A stretch of DNA of 54,849 nt from Anaerolineales bacterium (GCA_016783125.1 JADHXE010000003.1:1-54849), one strand, 5' to 3'; positions 36,309-45,612 are shown, counted from the stretch's first letter. The notes: generated from the letters alone by a model not told the origin. Numbers and translations are program-made.

Positions 36309-36343
36309 TTCTAAACAACTTCTGAGCATTTTTGGGGTAAGAT
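36309..36343 (+). promoter_or_regulatory. Direct-repeat operator plus -10 box (copy 3)
   Basis: TTCTAAACAAC-TTCTGAGCATT; TAAGAT starts 29 nt after the motif start. Confidence 0.75.
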
Positions 36344-36344
36344 A

Positions 36345-36431
36345 GGGATTAGGAATCAGGGATTAGGAATCAGGTATCAGGGATCAGTGTATCCCTGATA
36401 CCTGATCACCTGATCACCTGATTACCCAATC
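36345..36431. repeat. Heptamer-repeat hairpin in the 5' leader
   Basis: gggattaggaatcagggattaggaatcaggtatcaggg ... ccctgatacctgatcacctgatcacctgattacccaatcc. Confidence 0.8.
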
Positions 36432-36562
36432 CACAAGGAGTACCCCATATCCTCATCATGGCGATTTAATTACCTCGTTGGCTTGCAGCCTTTTTCAATT
36501 CGCTTGAAACACACCCAAACCATCCAAGCGAGCAATCTGAATAAGTATCAGGAGAGAGAAAT

Positions 36563-38317
36563 ATGAAATCTAAACTCAGGCACCACCAACGCGTGCAGTT
36601 TGCCCCCTTTAGCATTTTGCTCTTTGCCATTCTTTTTGTCCTGCTCCTAGGGCTGGCATGCAAAACACCTACAACCGAAAGCTCTAATAAGACCCAGGTC
36701 GCTCTCAATGTTCAGGCTACGCGACTTGCTCAGAGTGAAACACAAACTGCCCAGGCTGAAGCCGAGGCAAAACAACAGAAAGAGATCTCTGACCAACAAG
36801 CTACTCTCGACGCTCAAGCCACAAAAGACGCCCAGGCTGATGCGGAGCAGGTCCAGGCTGCGGAAGAAGCGCCCGTGGAGGCAGAATCCGCACCGGGCGC
36901 AGAAACAGCCCCGGCGGAAGCCCCGCCCCCAACAGATGCCGCTTATCCCATCGTAGATACCGGTCAGGTATATTGTTATGAAAACGGCGGGGGCATCCCC
37001 TGTCCCACCGAAGGCCAACCCTTCTATGGGCAAGACGCCCAATATAGCGGGAACGCCCCCAGCTACACCGATAACGGCGACGGCACGATCAGCGACAACG
37101 TCACCGGCCTGATGTGGCAGCAAGACCCCGGCGACAAGATGGGCTACGCCCAGGCCGTAACCGGAGCCGAGAGCTTCAATTTGGCTGGATATGACGACTG
37201 GCGGCTGCCGACGATCAAAGAGCTGTACTCGTTGATCCTGTTCAGCGGCTATGACGTCAGCGGCTGGAACGGAACAGATACCTCGGGGCTGATCCCGTTC
37301 ATTGATGAGGTCTTTGCCTTCGAGTATGGCGATACCAACAGCGGCGAGCGCATCATCGACTCACAATGGGCCACCAGCAGCGTCTACACCGGCACGGTCT
37401 TTGGAGGCCAAGAGGCCATGTTCGGCGTCAACTTCGCCGATGGGCGCATCAAGGGCTATCCCACCGGCTCAGGCGGCGGCCCGAGCAAAACCTACTTTGT
37501 GATTTATGTGCGCGACAACCCCGAGTACGGCATCAACGATTTCGTCAACAACGGGGACGGCACAATCGGCGACAACGCCACCGGCCTGGTCTGGATGCAG
37601 TCGGATAGCGGCAACGCGCTGGACTGGGAAGGCGCGCTCAACTACTGCGAGAGCCTGGACTTCGCCGGGATTAGCGATTGGCGTTTGCCCAACGTCAAAG
37701 AGCTGCAAAGCATCGTCGATTACAGCCGCGCGCCCGATACCACCAACTCGGCCGCCATCGACCCGCTCTTCAACGTCACTTCGATTACCAATGAAGCCGG
37801 CGCGACGGACTATCCCTTCTACTGGAGCAGCACCACCCATGCCAACATGCAAAGCGGTGGGAGTGCGTCTTACGTGTCCTTCGGCAGAGCCTTAGGCTAC
37901 ATGAACGGTCAATGGATGGATGTGCACGGAGCGGGCGCGCAGCGCAGCGACCCCAAGAGCGGCGACCCCTCCGAGTGGCCCACCGGCCGCGGCCCGCAGG
38001 GCGACGCCATCCGTATCTACAACTATGTGCGCTGTGTGATCGGCGGCGTATCGAGCGAAGTCGTCACCGGCGGCGAAGCAGACCCCAATATCGGCGCAGG
38101 TCTGGGTGAACTACCCGACCTGGATAAAGGCCCAGGGCAAGTCCCTGGCGTACAGCCTCCCCCTTCACCGGAAGCCATCGACGCCTGCACAAGCCTGAGC
38201 GCCGGCGCGGCCTGTTCGTTCAACACGCCCATTGGCTCAGCCAGCGGAAGCTGCACGCAAATTGCCGTGCCAAATCTAACGGTACTGGCCTGCGTGCCCG
38301 AGATCGGGCTGCCGTAG
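36563..38317 (+). CDS. Tandem DUF1566 (Lcl-type) domain lipoprotein with a C-terminal 4-Cys module
   Basis: Lipobox LGLAC, IVDTGQ..CY, two copies of NGDGTI.DN.TGL.W.Q...DWRLP..KEL, DVHGAGAQRSDPK. Confidence 0.88.
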   Translation: MKSKLRHHQRVQFAPFSILLFAILFVLLLGLACKTPTTESSNKTQVALNVQATRLAQSETQTAQAEAEAKQQKEISDQQATLDAQATKDAQADAEQVQAAEEAPVEAESAPGAETAPAEAPPPTDAAYPIVDTGQVYCYENGGGIPCPTEGQPFYGQDAQYSGNAPSYTDNGDGTISDNVTGLMWQQDPGDKMGYAQAVTGAESFNLAGYDDWRLPTIKELYSLILFSGYDVSGWNGTDTSGLIPFIDEVFAFEYGDTNSGERIIDSQWATSSVYTGTVFGGQEAMFGVNFADGRIKGYPTGSGGGPSKTYFVIYVRDNPEYGINDFVNNGDGTIGDNATGLVWMQSDSGNALDWEGALNYCESLDFAGISDWRLPNVKELQSIVDYSRAPDTTNSAAIDPLFNVTSITNEAGATDYPFYWSSTTHANMQSGGSASYVSFGRALGYMNGQWMDVHGAGAQRSDPKSGDPSEWPTGRGPQGDAIRIYNYVRCVIGGVSSEVVTGGEADPNIGAGLGELPDLDKGPGQVPGVQPPPSPEAIDACTSLSAGAACSFNTPIGSASGSCTQIAVPNLTVLACVPEIGLP

Positions 38318-38323
38318 GAATTT

Positions 38324-38535
38324 GCCCTCACCCCCAGCCCCTCTCCCGATTTCGGGAGAGGGGTGTCAAGCAAATCTCATACCGGTTGGCAGCCCAACCG
38401 CGTTGGGCGGGTTTGGAAAGACGCGGGCAGCCATAAGAAAACGCCCTCACCCGGCCTGTCGCTACGCTCCAGCCTCCCCTCTCCCAAAATTGGGAGAGGG
38501 ACAAACCTGAGCGCAGCGAAGGTCAGGGTGAGGGC
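38324..38535. repeat. CCCTCACCC/CCCTCTCCC...GGGAGAGGG repeat cluster
   Basis: gccctcacccccagcccctctcccgatttcgggagagggg, a second copy near 38443-38500, and a closing arm gggtgagggc. Confidence 0.8.
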
Positions 38536-38654
38536 AAAACGAGCAACCTTCAACAAGCAAACCACGAACGCTCGCTTTGCGCACCTTTGGCGAGGACACA
38601 AAGGATCGCAAAGATTTTTATGACAGGGCAATCGCATATGATTGTTAGCTCAAA

Positions 38655-38764
38655 CCCCGGCGACTGGAAGTCGCAGCGACGCTTGCAAAGTCGCCCTGCG
38701 GCGACTGGATTCCAACCTGCGCAGGCAGGATTCGCAAATGTTGCTGCGACTTCCAGTCGCCGGG
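38655..38764. repeat. REP-like long palindrome
   Basis: cccggcgactggaagtcgcagc ... gctgcgacttccagtcgccggg with two inner hairpins. Confidence 0.85.
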
Positions 38765-38821
38765 CACGGTGGTGTGATTGTCATAATAATTTGTAAAGGA
38801 GAGGGCCAAAAGGAACACACC

Positions 38822-40375
38822 ATGCACACAAAAAAACTACTCCTAATCACGATAACGCTCATCACAACCCTGGCCTGTTCGCTCGTCTCCGGAGTCGCCG
38901 AACAGACCGAAATCTCGCCAACGACAACCGTTGCGGCCATCAGCGCCGATGAGCCGCCCGCCGTTTCGCAGCCCGAAAGTCAAGCACAACCCGCTTCGGG
39001 TGAGGCGCTGTACCTGTTCGCACCGAACCACTCGACGGATACTTATTTGATGAACAGCGAGGGCGCCGCCATGTACACCTGGACGAGCGTCTACAACCCG
39101 GGCAACGCGGTCTATCTACTGGAAAACGGCAATCTGCTGCGTACCGGCACGGTGAAAACAGACGTATTCGACGCGGGCGGTTCCGGCGGCATTGTACAGG
39201 AGATCGCCCCGGACAGTTCGGTGGTTTGGGAATACCGTTACGCCGACGATCAGGCACAGCAGCATCATGATATCGAGCAGATGCCGGATGGCAATATCCT
39301 GATGATCGCCTGGGAATACAAAACACGGGCCGAGGCCATTGCCGCCGGGCGCGAACCCGGTCTGTTGAAAGGTGGCGAACTCTGGCCTGATCATGTTATT
39401 GAAGTTGATCCTGCCACCAACGAGATCGTCTGGGAGTGGCATATCTGGGATCACCTGGTGCAGGATCATGACCCGGCGCAAGCCAATTACGGCATGGTAA
39501 CCGAGCATCCCGAGTTGATCAACATCAACTTCATCAGCCGCCAGGCCGCCGCCGACTGGAATCACATCAACTCGATTGACTACAACGCCGAACTGGACCA
39601 GATCGTGCTCAGCGTGCATAATTTCAGCGAGATCTGGATCATCGATCATGGCACGACTACCGAAGAAGCCGGCGGCGCGGCGGGCGATCTGCTCTACCGT
39701 TGGGGTAATCCACAGACCTACGACGCTGGAACCGCAGCTGATCAACAATTTTATGTTCAGCACGACGCCCAATGGATTCCTTCCGACTATCCCGGCGAGG
39801 GGAATATCCTGGTATTCAACAACGGTGAAAAAAGATCGCGATCTTATTCATCCATCGATGAAATTACGCCCCCGCTCAATCCCGATGGCTCTTACACCCT
39901 GACCTCTGGATCAGCCTATGGTCCCGAAGCGCCTGTGTGGACTTATGTCGCAGAAAACCCTGCCGACTTCTTCGCCGATCATATCTCCGGCGCGCAGCGA
40001 TTACCCAATGGGAACACACTGATCTGCAGCGGCACGGATGGCGTTTTCTTCGAGGTCACGCCGGAGGGCGAAGTGGTTTGGCGCTATGACTACGGCAGGG
40101 ATGTGTTCCGCGTGATGAAAATCTCCGCCGATGACCCCCGGCTGGCGGGCTTGAACTTGCAGCCCGGCGAGACGTTGAAAGCAGAAAGCGGCCCCAATGG
40201 CCAACCCTCGGGAACAGGACAGCCCCCGGGAAACAACGGCCCACCCCAAAGGGCGCGTGATGCGTGTGCTGACTTGGCCGTCGGCGCGGCTTGCTCGTTC
40301 GAAAACCCCAAGGGGACGGTGAGCGGCTCTTGTCAATCCATCCAGGGGCAGTTAACCTGTGTGCCGGAGAAGTAA
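38822..40375 (+). CDS. Aryl-sulfate sulfotransferase (ASST-like beta-propeller) lipoprotein with a C-terminal 4-Cys module
   Basis: Lipobox TLAC, YLLENGNLLR, QHHD, DWNHINSIDYN, LYRWGNP..Y, QHDA, SGAQRLPNGNTLI. Confidence 0.88.
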   Translation: MHTKKLLLITITLITTLACSLVSGVAEQTEISPTTTVAAISADEPPAVSQPESQAQPASGEALYLFAPNHSTDTYLMNSEGAAMYTWTSVYNPGNAVYLLENGNLLRTGTVKTDVFDAGGSGGIVQEIAPDSSVVWEYRYADDQAQQHHDIEQMPDGNILMIAWEYKTRAEAIAAGREPGLLKGGELWPDHVIEVDPATNEIVWEWHIWDHLVQDHDPAQANYGMVTEHPELININFISRQAAADWNHINSIDYNAELDQIVLSVHNFSEIWIIDHGTTTEEAGGAAGDLLYRWGNPQTYDAGTAADQQFYVQHDAQWIPSDYPGEGNILVFNNGEKRSRSYSSIDEITPPLNPDGSYTLTSGSAYGPEAPVWTYVAENPADFFADHISGAQRLPNGNTLICSGTDGVFFEVTPEGEVVWRYDYGRDVFRVMKISADDPRLAGLNLQPGETLKAESGPNGQPSGTGQPPGNNGPPQRARDACADLAVGAACSFENPKGTVSGSCQSIQGQLTCVPEK

Positions 40376-40454
40376 CAGGTAGGGAAACAAGGGAAACAAG
40401 GGAAACAAGTATTTTGCTCACATGCCACTTGCCCACTTGCACTATAATAAACCC

Positions 40455-41150
40455 ATGACCAAAACCATCCTCGTCGTAGACGATAAAGCTAACGTGCGCA
40501 CGCTGCTTAGAGAATATCTCACCGAAGAGGGTTTCCGCGTAGCCACCGCCGAGAACGGCAGAGAAGCCCTCTTCGTGGCGCGCCACGAGCAGCCCGATCT
40601 GATCATCCTCGACATTATGATGCCCGAGATGGGCGGTTACGATTTCATGCGCGCCTACCGCAAAGAGAGCGAGACGCCCATCATCATGCTGACTGCCAAG
40701 CTGGAAGAAACCGACAAGGTGCTGGGCCTGGAGTTGGGCGCCGATGACTATGTCACCAAGCCCTTCGGCATGAAAGAAATGGTGGCGCGCATCCGGGCTG
40801 TGCTGCGGCGAACCAGCCAGGCCGCGCCGCCGCCCAATATCCTGCGCGGGGGCAGTATCACCCTCAATCAAGACGAACACACCGTAAAGGTAGGCGAGCA
40901 ATTCGTCGACCTGACCCCCTCGGAGTTCGATCTGCTGGGGGTGCTGATGTCCGCCCCGGGACGCGTCTTCTCCCGCCTGGATCTGCTGGAAAGATTGCAG
41001 GGGACAGCCTTCGAAGGCGTTGAGAGGACGATTGACGTGCATGTCCGCAACCTGCGCACCAAAATCGAGGCGGATCCCAGCGACCCGCGGCGCATCGAGA
41101 CGGTCTTTGGGGTGGGTTATCGGTTTAGGGGAGTAGGGAGTAGGGAGTAG
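40455..41150 (+). CDS. OmpR/PhoB-family response regulator
   Basis: ILVVDD, LDIMMP, GADDYVTKPF, LTPSEFDLL, RTIDVHVRNLR.K, TVFGVGY; TATAAT 6 nt before the ATG. Confidence 0.95.
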   Translation: MTKTILVVDDKANVRTLLREYLTEEGFRVATAENGREALFVARHEQPDLIILDIMMPEMGGYDFMRAYRKESETPIIMLTAKLEETDKVLGLELGADDYVTKPFGMKEMVARIRAVLRRTSQAAPPPNILRGGSITLNQDEHTVKVGEQFVDLTPSEFDLLGVLMSAPGRVFSRLDLLERLQGTAFEGVERTIDVHVRNLRTKIEADPSDPRRIETVFGVGYRFRGVGSRE

Positions 41151-41208
41151 GGGAGTAGGAAGTTTACTTATTCCTTACCCCCCTACTCCCTACTCCTTAC
41201 TCCCTACC
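41126..41208. repeat. (GGGAGTA)n/(TACTCCC)n heptamer hairpin overlapping the regulator stop codon
   Basis: ggggagtagggagtagggagtaggggagtagg ... ccctactccctactccttactccctacc. Confidence 0.85.
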
Positions 41209-41217
41209 AACACCACC

Positions 41218-42771
41218 ATGCGTTCTCTCGCCCCCAAACTCCTCCTGGCCTTCCTGGCCGTCAGCCTGACCGTGGCGTTATTAGCTGCGGCTATCACGCG
41301 TTACACCACTCAGCAAGATTTCGCCGAGTTGGTGCTGAGCAACACCCAGAACAATTTCATCGACCGGGCTACCACCTATTATCAAATAAAAGGGTCTTGG
41401 CGCGGCTTTGCTGAGTCAATCCTGCGCCGACAGAATCCGCCGCTTGCGCAGCCCCAACCCGAAGGGAATCTGCAAAATCCGCTTCCCGGACAGCAACTGC
41501 CACAGCAGCAGTTTCAGCAGCTTCCGCAACAAAGAGAAAAACCACCGCTAGAACAACTGGAAACTCAACCGCTGACCTTTGCCCTCATCGACACCCGCGG
41601 ACGCGTCGTCCTGCCTGCCGGGGAGTATCGTATGGGGGATTTGCTTTCAGATGCTGATTTGATGGAGGGAACAGCGATTGTAATCGACGGCCAAACCGTG
41701 GGCACAGTCATCGCCACGGGGGATATCCCTCCATTGGCTCTGCGCGAGGAGCAATTCTTAGAGCGGATCAATCAATCTCTGCTCTACGCCACCCTCGGCG
41801 CCATGGCTGTGGCGCTGATCATCAGCCTGGTGCTGACCCGGGGTCTCACCCGCCCGCTGCGTGAACTAACCTCCGCCATTCAAGCCACTGCCAAGGGAGA
41901 AATGGGGCAGCAAGTGCGCGTTCGTTCAGAAGATGAAATTGGGCAGTTAGCCCAGGCCTTCAACCAGATGAGCGCTGACCTGGCGCACCTCAGCGGGCAG
42001 CGCCGCCAGATGACCGCTGACATCGCCCACGACCTGCGCAACCCGCTGACCGTCATCGCCGGCTATATCGAGTCTATGCGTGATGGCGTGCTCAAACCCA
42101 CCCCCGAACGCCTGGAGACCATCTTCAACGAAGTCCACCATTTGCAGCGCCTGGTGGATGACCTGCGCACGCTATCCCTGGCCGAGGCTGGCGAGTTATC
42201 GCTCAACCTGGCCCCTGTCGCTCCAGAGGCTCTGCTCAAACAAATCCAGGCTGCCTACCAACATCCCGCTGAACAACAGCAGATCACCTTGAATGTACAA
42301 GCCGAACCCGATCTGCCGCACATCAACGTCGATCCAGACCGTATGATGCAGGTTCTGGGTAATCTGGTCAGCAATGCTTTGCGGTACACGCCGGAGGGAG
42401 GGGAGATAGCGATCAGCGGGGAGCGGCGCCAAAGGCGTGCAAAGCAAGCGGAGAGCGGAGAGCGGGGAGCGGGGAGCGGGGAGCAGTCGGTCGCCGGTCG
42501 TCGGTCATCGGTCGTCTTCACTGTCACCGACACCGGCCCCGGCATCAACCCCGCCGATATAGCGCGCATCTTTGATCGCTTCTACCGGGGCGATGAGTCT
42601 CGTCAAGGCGTGGGGGGCGAGTCCGGGTTGGGGTTGGCGATAGCCAAATCGATTGTCGAAATGCACGGGGGGAAGATCAGCGTTGAGAGTGAGTTGGGGC
42701 GGGGGACGAGTTTTATTATTGCGCTGCCTGACTTACCGGGGGTTGGACGCGGTCTAAGTGCCGCCAACTGA
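41218..42771 (+). CDS. BaeS-like HAMP sensor histidine kinase with a repeat-derived insert in the HATPase domain
   Basis: Two TM helices, HAMP (DEIGQLA.AFN.M), H-box IAHDLRNPL, N-box NL.SNALRY, DTGPGI, FDRFYR, SGLGLAI. Confidence 0.95.
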   Translation: MRSLAPKLLLAFLAVSLTVALLAAAITRYTTQQDFAELVLSNTQNNFIDRATTYYQIKGSWRGFAESILRRQNPPLAQPQPEGNLQNPLPGQQLPQQQFQQLPQQREKPPLEQLETQPLTFALIDTRGRVVLPAGEYRMGDLLSDADLMEGTAIVIDGQTVGTVIATGDIPPLALREEQFLERINQSLLYATLGAMAVALIISLVLTRGLTRPLRELTSAIQATAKGEMGQQVRVRSEDEIGQLAQAFNQMSADLAHLSGQRRQMTADIAHDLRNPLTVIAGYIESMRDGVLKPTPERLETIFNEVHHLQRLVDDLRTLSLAEAGELSLNLAPVAPEALLKQIQAAYQHPAEQQQITLNVQAEPDLPHINVDPDRMMQVLGNLVSNALRYTPEGGEIAISGERRQRRAKQAESGERGAGSGEQSVAGRRSSVVFTVTDTGPGINPADIARIFDRFYRGDESRQGVGGESGLGLAIAKSIVEMHGGKISVESELGRGTSFIIALPDLPGVGRGLSAAN

Positions 42772-43897
42772 TGAATGATCCTGTGCTGGTTTGCAATGAC
42801 TTCTCACCGCCATAGACGACATAACCTTCATCTCCAGGCATGTTGGCAAGTTTGCGCCAGTATTTGAGATTATCAAAGTAGCTGCTAGAAATTGTTTTGC
42901 CGGATTTGATTTCTACAGGCACAATTGCTTCCCCATCAACCAACAAGCAATCGATCTCTTTGCCGCGGCTGTCCTGCCAAAAATACGGATAGCGCCGCTC
43001 TCCTTGATGAAAACTCCGCTTGATAAACTCGTTGATCACAAGATTCTCAAACAGCGCGCCTTTCATATAATGCAAGTTGACCTGGTTCTCATCCCGTATG
43101 CCCAGCAGAGAGCAAGCCACACCGGTATCGTAGAAATAAAGCTTAGGCGATTTCACCAGCCGCTTATTGAAGTTCTTGTGATACGATTGTAAGCGATAAA
43201 CGATGTACGATGTTTCTAAAATAGAAATCCACGCTTTGGCCGTATTGGGGCTGATACCAGCATCGTTTGCCAGGCTGGTATAGTTGATTAATTGACCTGT
43301 ACGCCCTGCACATAATTGAATAAATTGGATGAAGGCGTTGATATCCCCGATATTTTTTATCATGCGCACGTCTCTTTCGACATACGTCTGGATATAAGAT
43401 GGATAAAAATCGATAGGAGCGATATCACGATCATAAATGCGGGGGTATTGGCCTCTAAATATCAAGGTCTCATATTGATCGGCGGTAAAACTGCTACTTT
43501 CAAGTTCCGAGAATGAAAATGGCAACAAATGGAGAATCGCCGTTCGTCCGGCCAGTGTTTGGCTGATCTTCTCCATCAAAAGGAAATTCGATGAGCCTGT
43601 CAGAATGAACTGGGCATCGCGGTTATCATCGACAATCGTCTGGATGTAGGAAAACAATTCGGGCGTGTTCTGAATTTCGTCCAGGATGGCCCCTGCGGTG
43701 TAGTTTGACAAGAAACCGCGCGGATCCGTCAACGCAACTTGCCGGATATCCGGTTCTTCCAAAGATACGTAGGGGAGAGATGGAAACGCAGCTTTGACGA
43801 GTGTTGTCTTGCCAGATTGGCGCGGACCGGTCAGGGTGATAACTTGAAATTTCTGCGCCAGGGTAATCAGTTTGGGGGTGAGTGTTCGTTCTATCAT
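42716..43897 (-). CDS. AAA_14 ATPase with DUF4143 domain
   Basis: TGPRQSGKTT, LDEIQ, LTGSS, LAGR, KSPKLYFYDTG, GALFEN, EID..L..P.EIK. Confidence 0.9.
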   Translation of the reverse strand: MIERTLTPKLITLAQKFQVITLTGPRQSGKTTLVKAAFPSLPYVSLEEPDIRQVALTDPRGFLSNYTAGAILDEIQNTPELFSYIQTIVDDNRDAQFILTGSSNFLLMEKISQTLAGRTAILHLLPFSFSELESSSFTADQYETLIFRGQYPRIYDRDIAPIDFYPSYIQTYVERDVRMIKNIGDINAFIQFIQLCAGRTGQLINYTSLANDAGISPNTAKAWISILETSYIVYRLQSYHKNFNKRLVKSPKLYFYDTGVACSLLGIRDENQVNLHYMKGALFENLVINEFIKRSFHQGERRYPYFWQDSRGKEIDCLLVDGEAIVPVEIKSGKTISSSYFDNLKYWRKLANMPGDEGYVVYGGEKSLQTSTGSFISWRHLDRVQPPVSQAAQ

Positions 43898-44033
43898 GAA
43901 ACATCTCCGTCTGCAGGGAAAATGGATCCATCAATACCCTGATGATAACACAATCTGCGCGTATTCGCAAAACGATTGCGGATTTGTTCAAACTTTATAT
44001 TCTCACGAGGTAACTGCTTAGCCACGAAATTGA

Positions 44034-44222
44034 TTACTGTCCTTCTACATCAATAAGTACCGCTCTGACTGCCAGACGCCAGCCGTACTCCCCGCTGGAT
44101 TCATCGAAGCCCTGGCAGGTGATCAGCGTGAGCACGTCGTAGTCTTCATGCGGCAGGGCGCGCACTTCGTAAACGTGTTTCTGCCCCCAGGCATGGATGA
44201 TGATCTGGCCGCCGTGCAGCAT
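44034..44222 (-). pseudogene. C-terminal fragment of a sortase gene
   Basis: YEVR...LTLITC...RLAVRA (TLxTC plus catalytic Arg); N-terminal half with catalytic His and membrane anchor absent. Confidence 0.75.
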
Positions 44223-44250
44223 CGAGCTTTACAAATTCCAAGTATGAAAA

Positions 44251-44362
44251 CACGAATGATGACGAATATCACGAATTGCACGAATAAAGCGGGGAGTAAT
44301 TTCCCCCCAAAGTATGCCCCGAGTGATGCCGAAGGGTTGGGGGGTTGGGGGGTTAGGGGGGC
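44251..44362. repeat. Nonamer (CACGAAT) run plus a G-rich heptamer repeat remnant
   Basis: cacgaatgatgacgaatatcacgaattgcacgaat; gggttggggggttggggggttagggggg. Confidence 0.6.
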
Positions 44363-44417
44363 AGTAAGGATCAGGATGGAATACCGTAAGAACTGGCGTT
44401 TCTGCTATAATCATCAG

Positions 44418-45413
44418 ATGCCCACTGAGAACTTACCCGCGCTGAAAAAACTATTCGCTCAAGCCCTGGAGGCCCGCTCAATTCCGCTCAACGCTGGCCG
44501 CTCCACGGCCCTGCGCCTGTTCAGCGGCTTCTACGAGGGCTATCCGGGGCTGGTGGCCGATCTCTACGGCCGCACGCTGGTGTTGTTCGATTATGAGGGA
44601 TCAGGGGACGCTTTGGCGGCCGCGGGTGAATTCTTCCTGGAACGACTCCCCTCGATAAACTGCGTGATCCACAAAACGCGCTCGGCGCATGATCCTGCGC
44701 AACGCAAGGGGATTCTCGCCTTTGGAGATTCACCCACCAAAAAAATCCGCGAGCACGGGGTCTGGTACGCCCTCGATTTGCAGATGCAGCAAGACGCCAG
44801 CTTCTACCTCGATACGCACGGCCTGCGCAAATGGCTGCTGGAGAACGCTGGAGGGTGGCGCGTCCTGAACACCTTCGCCTACACCGGCAGCCTGGGCGTG
44901 GCTGCGCTGGCGGGCGGCGCGGACTATGTGCTGCAAACCGATCTCAAACGTAAATTTCTAGAACTGGCGCGTACCGGTGGTATGCTAAACCGGCTCGATT
45001 TGGGCAAGATGAAGTTGCAGGCCAACGACTTCTTCAGCCAGATCGCTCAATTGAAACGCCGCGGCCAGCTCTTCGACTGCGTGATCCTCGACCCGCCCTT
45101 CTTTTCGAGTACCGCCAAAGGCCGCGTCGATCAGGCAGCCGAGAGCACGCGCCTGATCAACAAAGTCCGCCCGCTGGTGGGGGATGGAGGCTACCTGATC
45201 GCCATCAACAACGCGCTATTTCTGAGCGGAGCAGATTATATGAGTTCTCTGGAAACACTCTGCGAGGACGGTTATCTCACTATCGAAGAGATCATCCCTG
45301 TACCACAAGATATCACCGGGTTCCCACAAACGATAGTCAGCCCACCCCCAAGCGACCCAACGCCCTTCAATCATCCCACTAAGATCACAATTTTGAGAGT
45401 GAAGCATAGGTAA
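44418..45413 (+). CDS. Class I SAM-dependent methyltransferase, RlmI/RlmK-like, without PUA domain
   Basis: RLF.G..EG.PGL..D.YG, FYLD...LR, VLNTFAYTG, FDCVILDPP.F. Confidence 0.85.
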   Translation: MPTENLPALKKLFAQALEARSIPLNAGRSTALRLFSGFYEGYPGLVADLYGRTLVLFDYEGSGDALAAAGEFFLERLPSINCVIHKTRSAHDPAQRKGILAFGDSPTKKIREHGVWYALDLQMQQDASFYLDTHGLRKWLLENAGGWRVLNTFAYTGSLGVAALAGGADYVLQTDLKRKFLELARTGGMLNRLDLGKMKLQANDFFSQIAQLKRRGQLFDCVILDPPFFSSTAKGRVDQAAESTRLINKVRPLVGDGGYLIAINNALFLSGADYMSSLETLCEDGYLTIEEIIPVPQDITGFPQTIVSPPPSDPTPFNHPTKITILRVKHR

Positions 45414-45441
45414 AAATTCGCGCACAAGCTGAAGCAAATCG

Positions 45442-45558
45442 TAACTGCTCAGTCATAGAGAGAAAGTTCCCGAAAAAAGGGTGTGCGTGGGGGGCGAGCG
45501 CAACTGCCCCCACGCACACCCTTTTTTCGGGGTATCTCTCCTTTAGCCTGGGTAGTTA
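45442..45558. mobile_element. MITE copy B
   Basis: TIRs taactgctcag / ctgggtagtta; core nearly identical to copy A. Confidence 0.7.
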
Positions 45559-45612
45559 TAGCAAATCTATCAATTTGCTGCTTGGAGACTCTGCGCCATT
45601 GCGTTTATTTTC

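Noticed and set aside
44325-44362. G-rich run as a functional G-quadruplex
   Set aside because: It fits the local G-rich repeat families equally well, and nothing in the context supports a function
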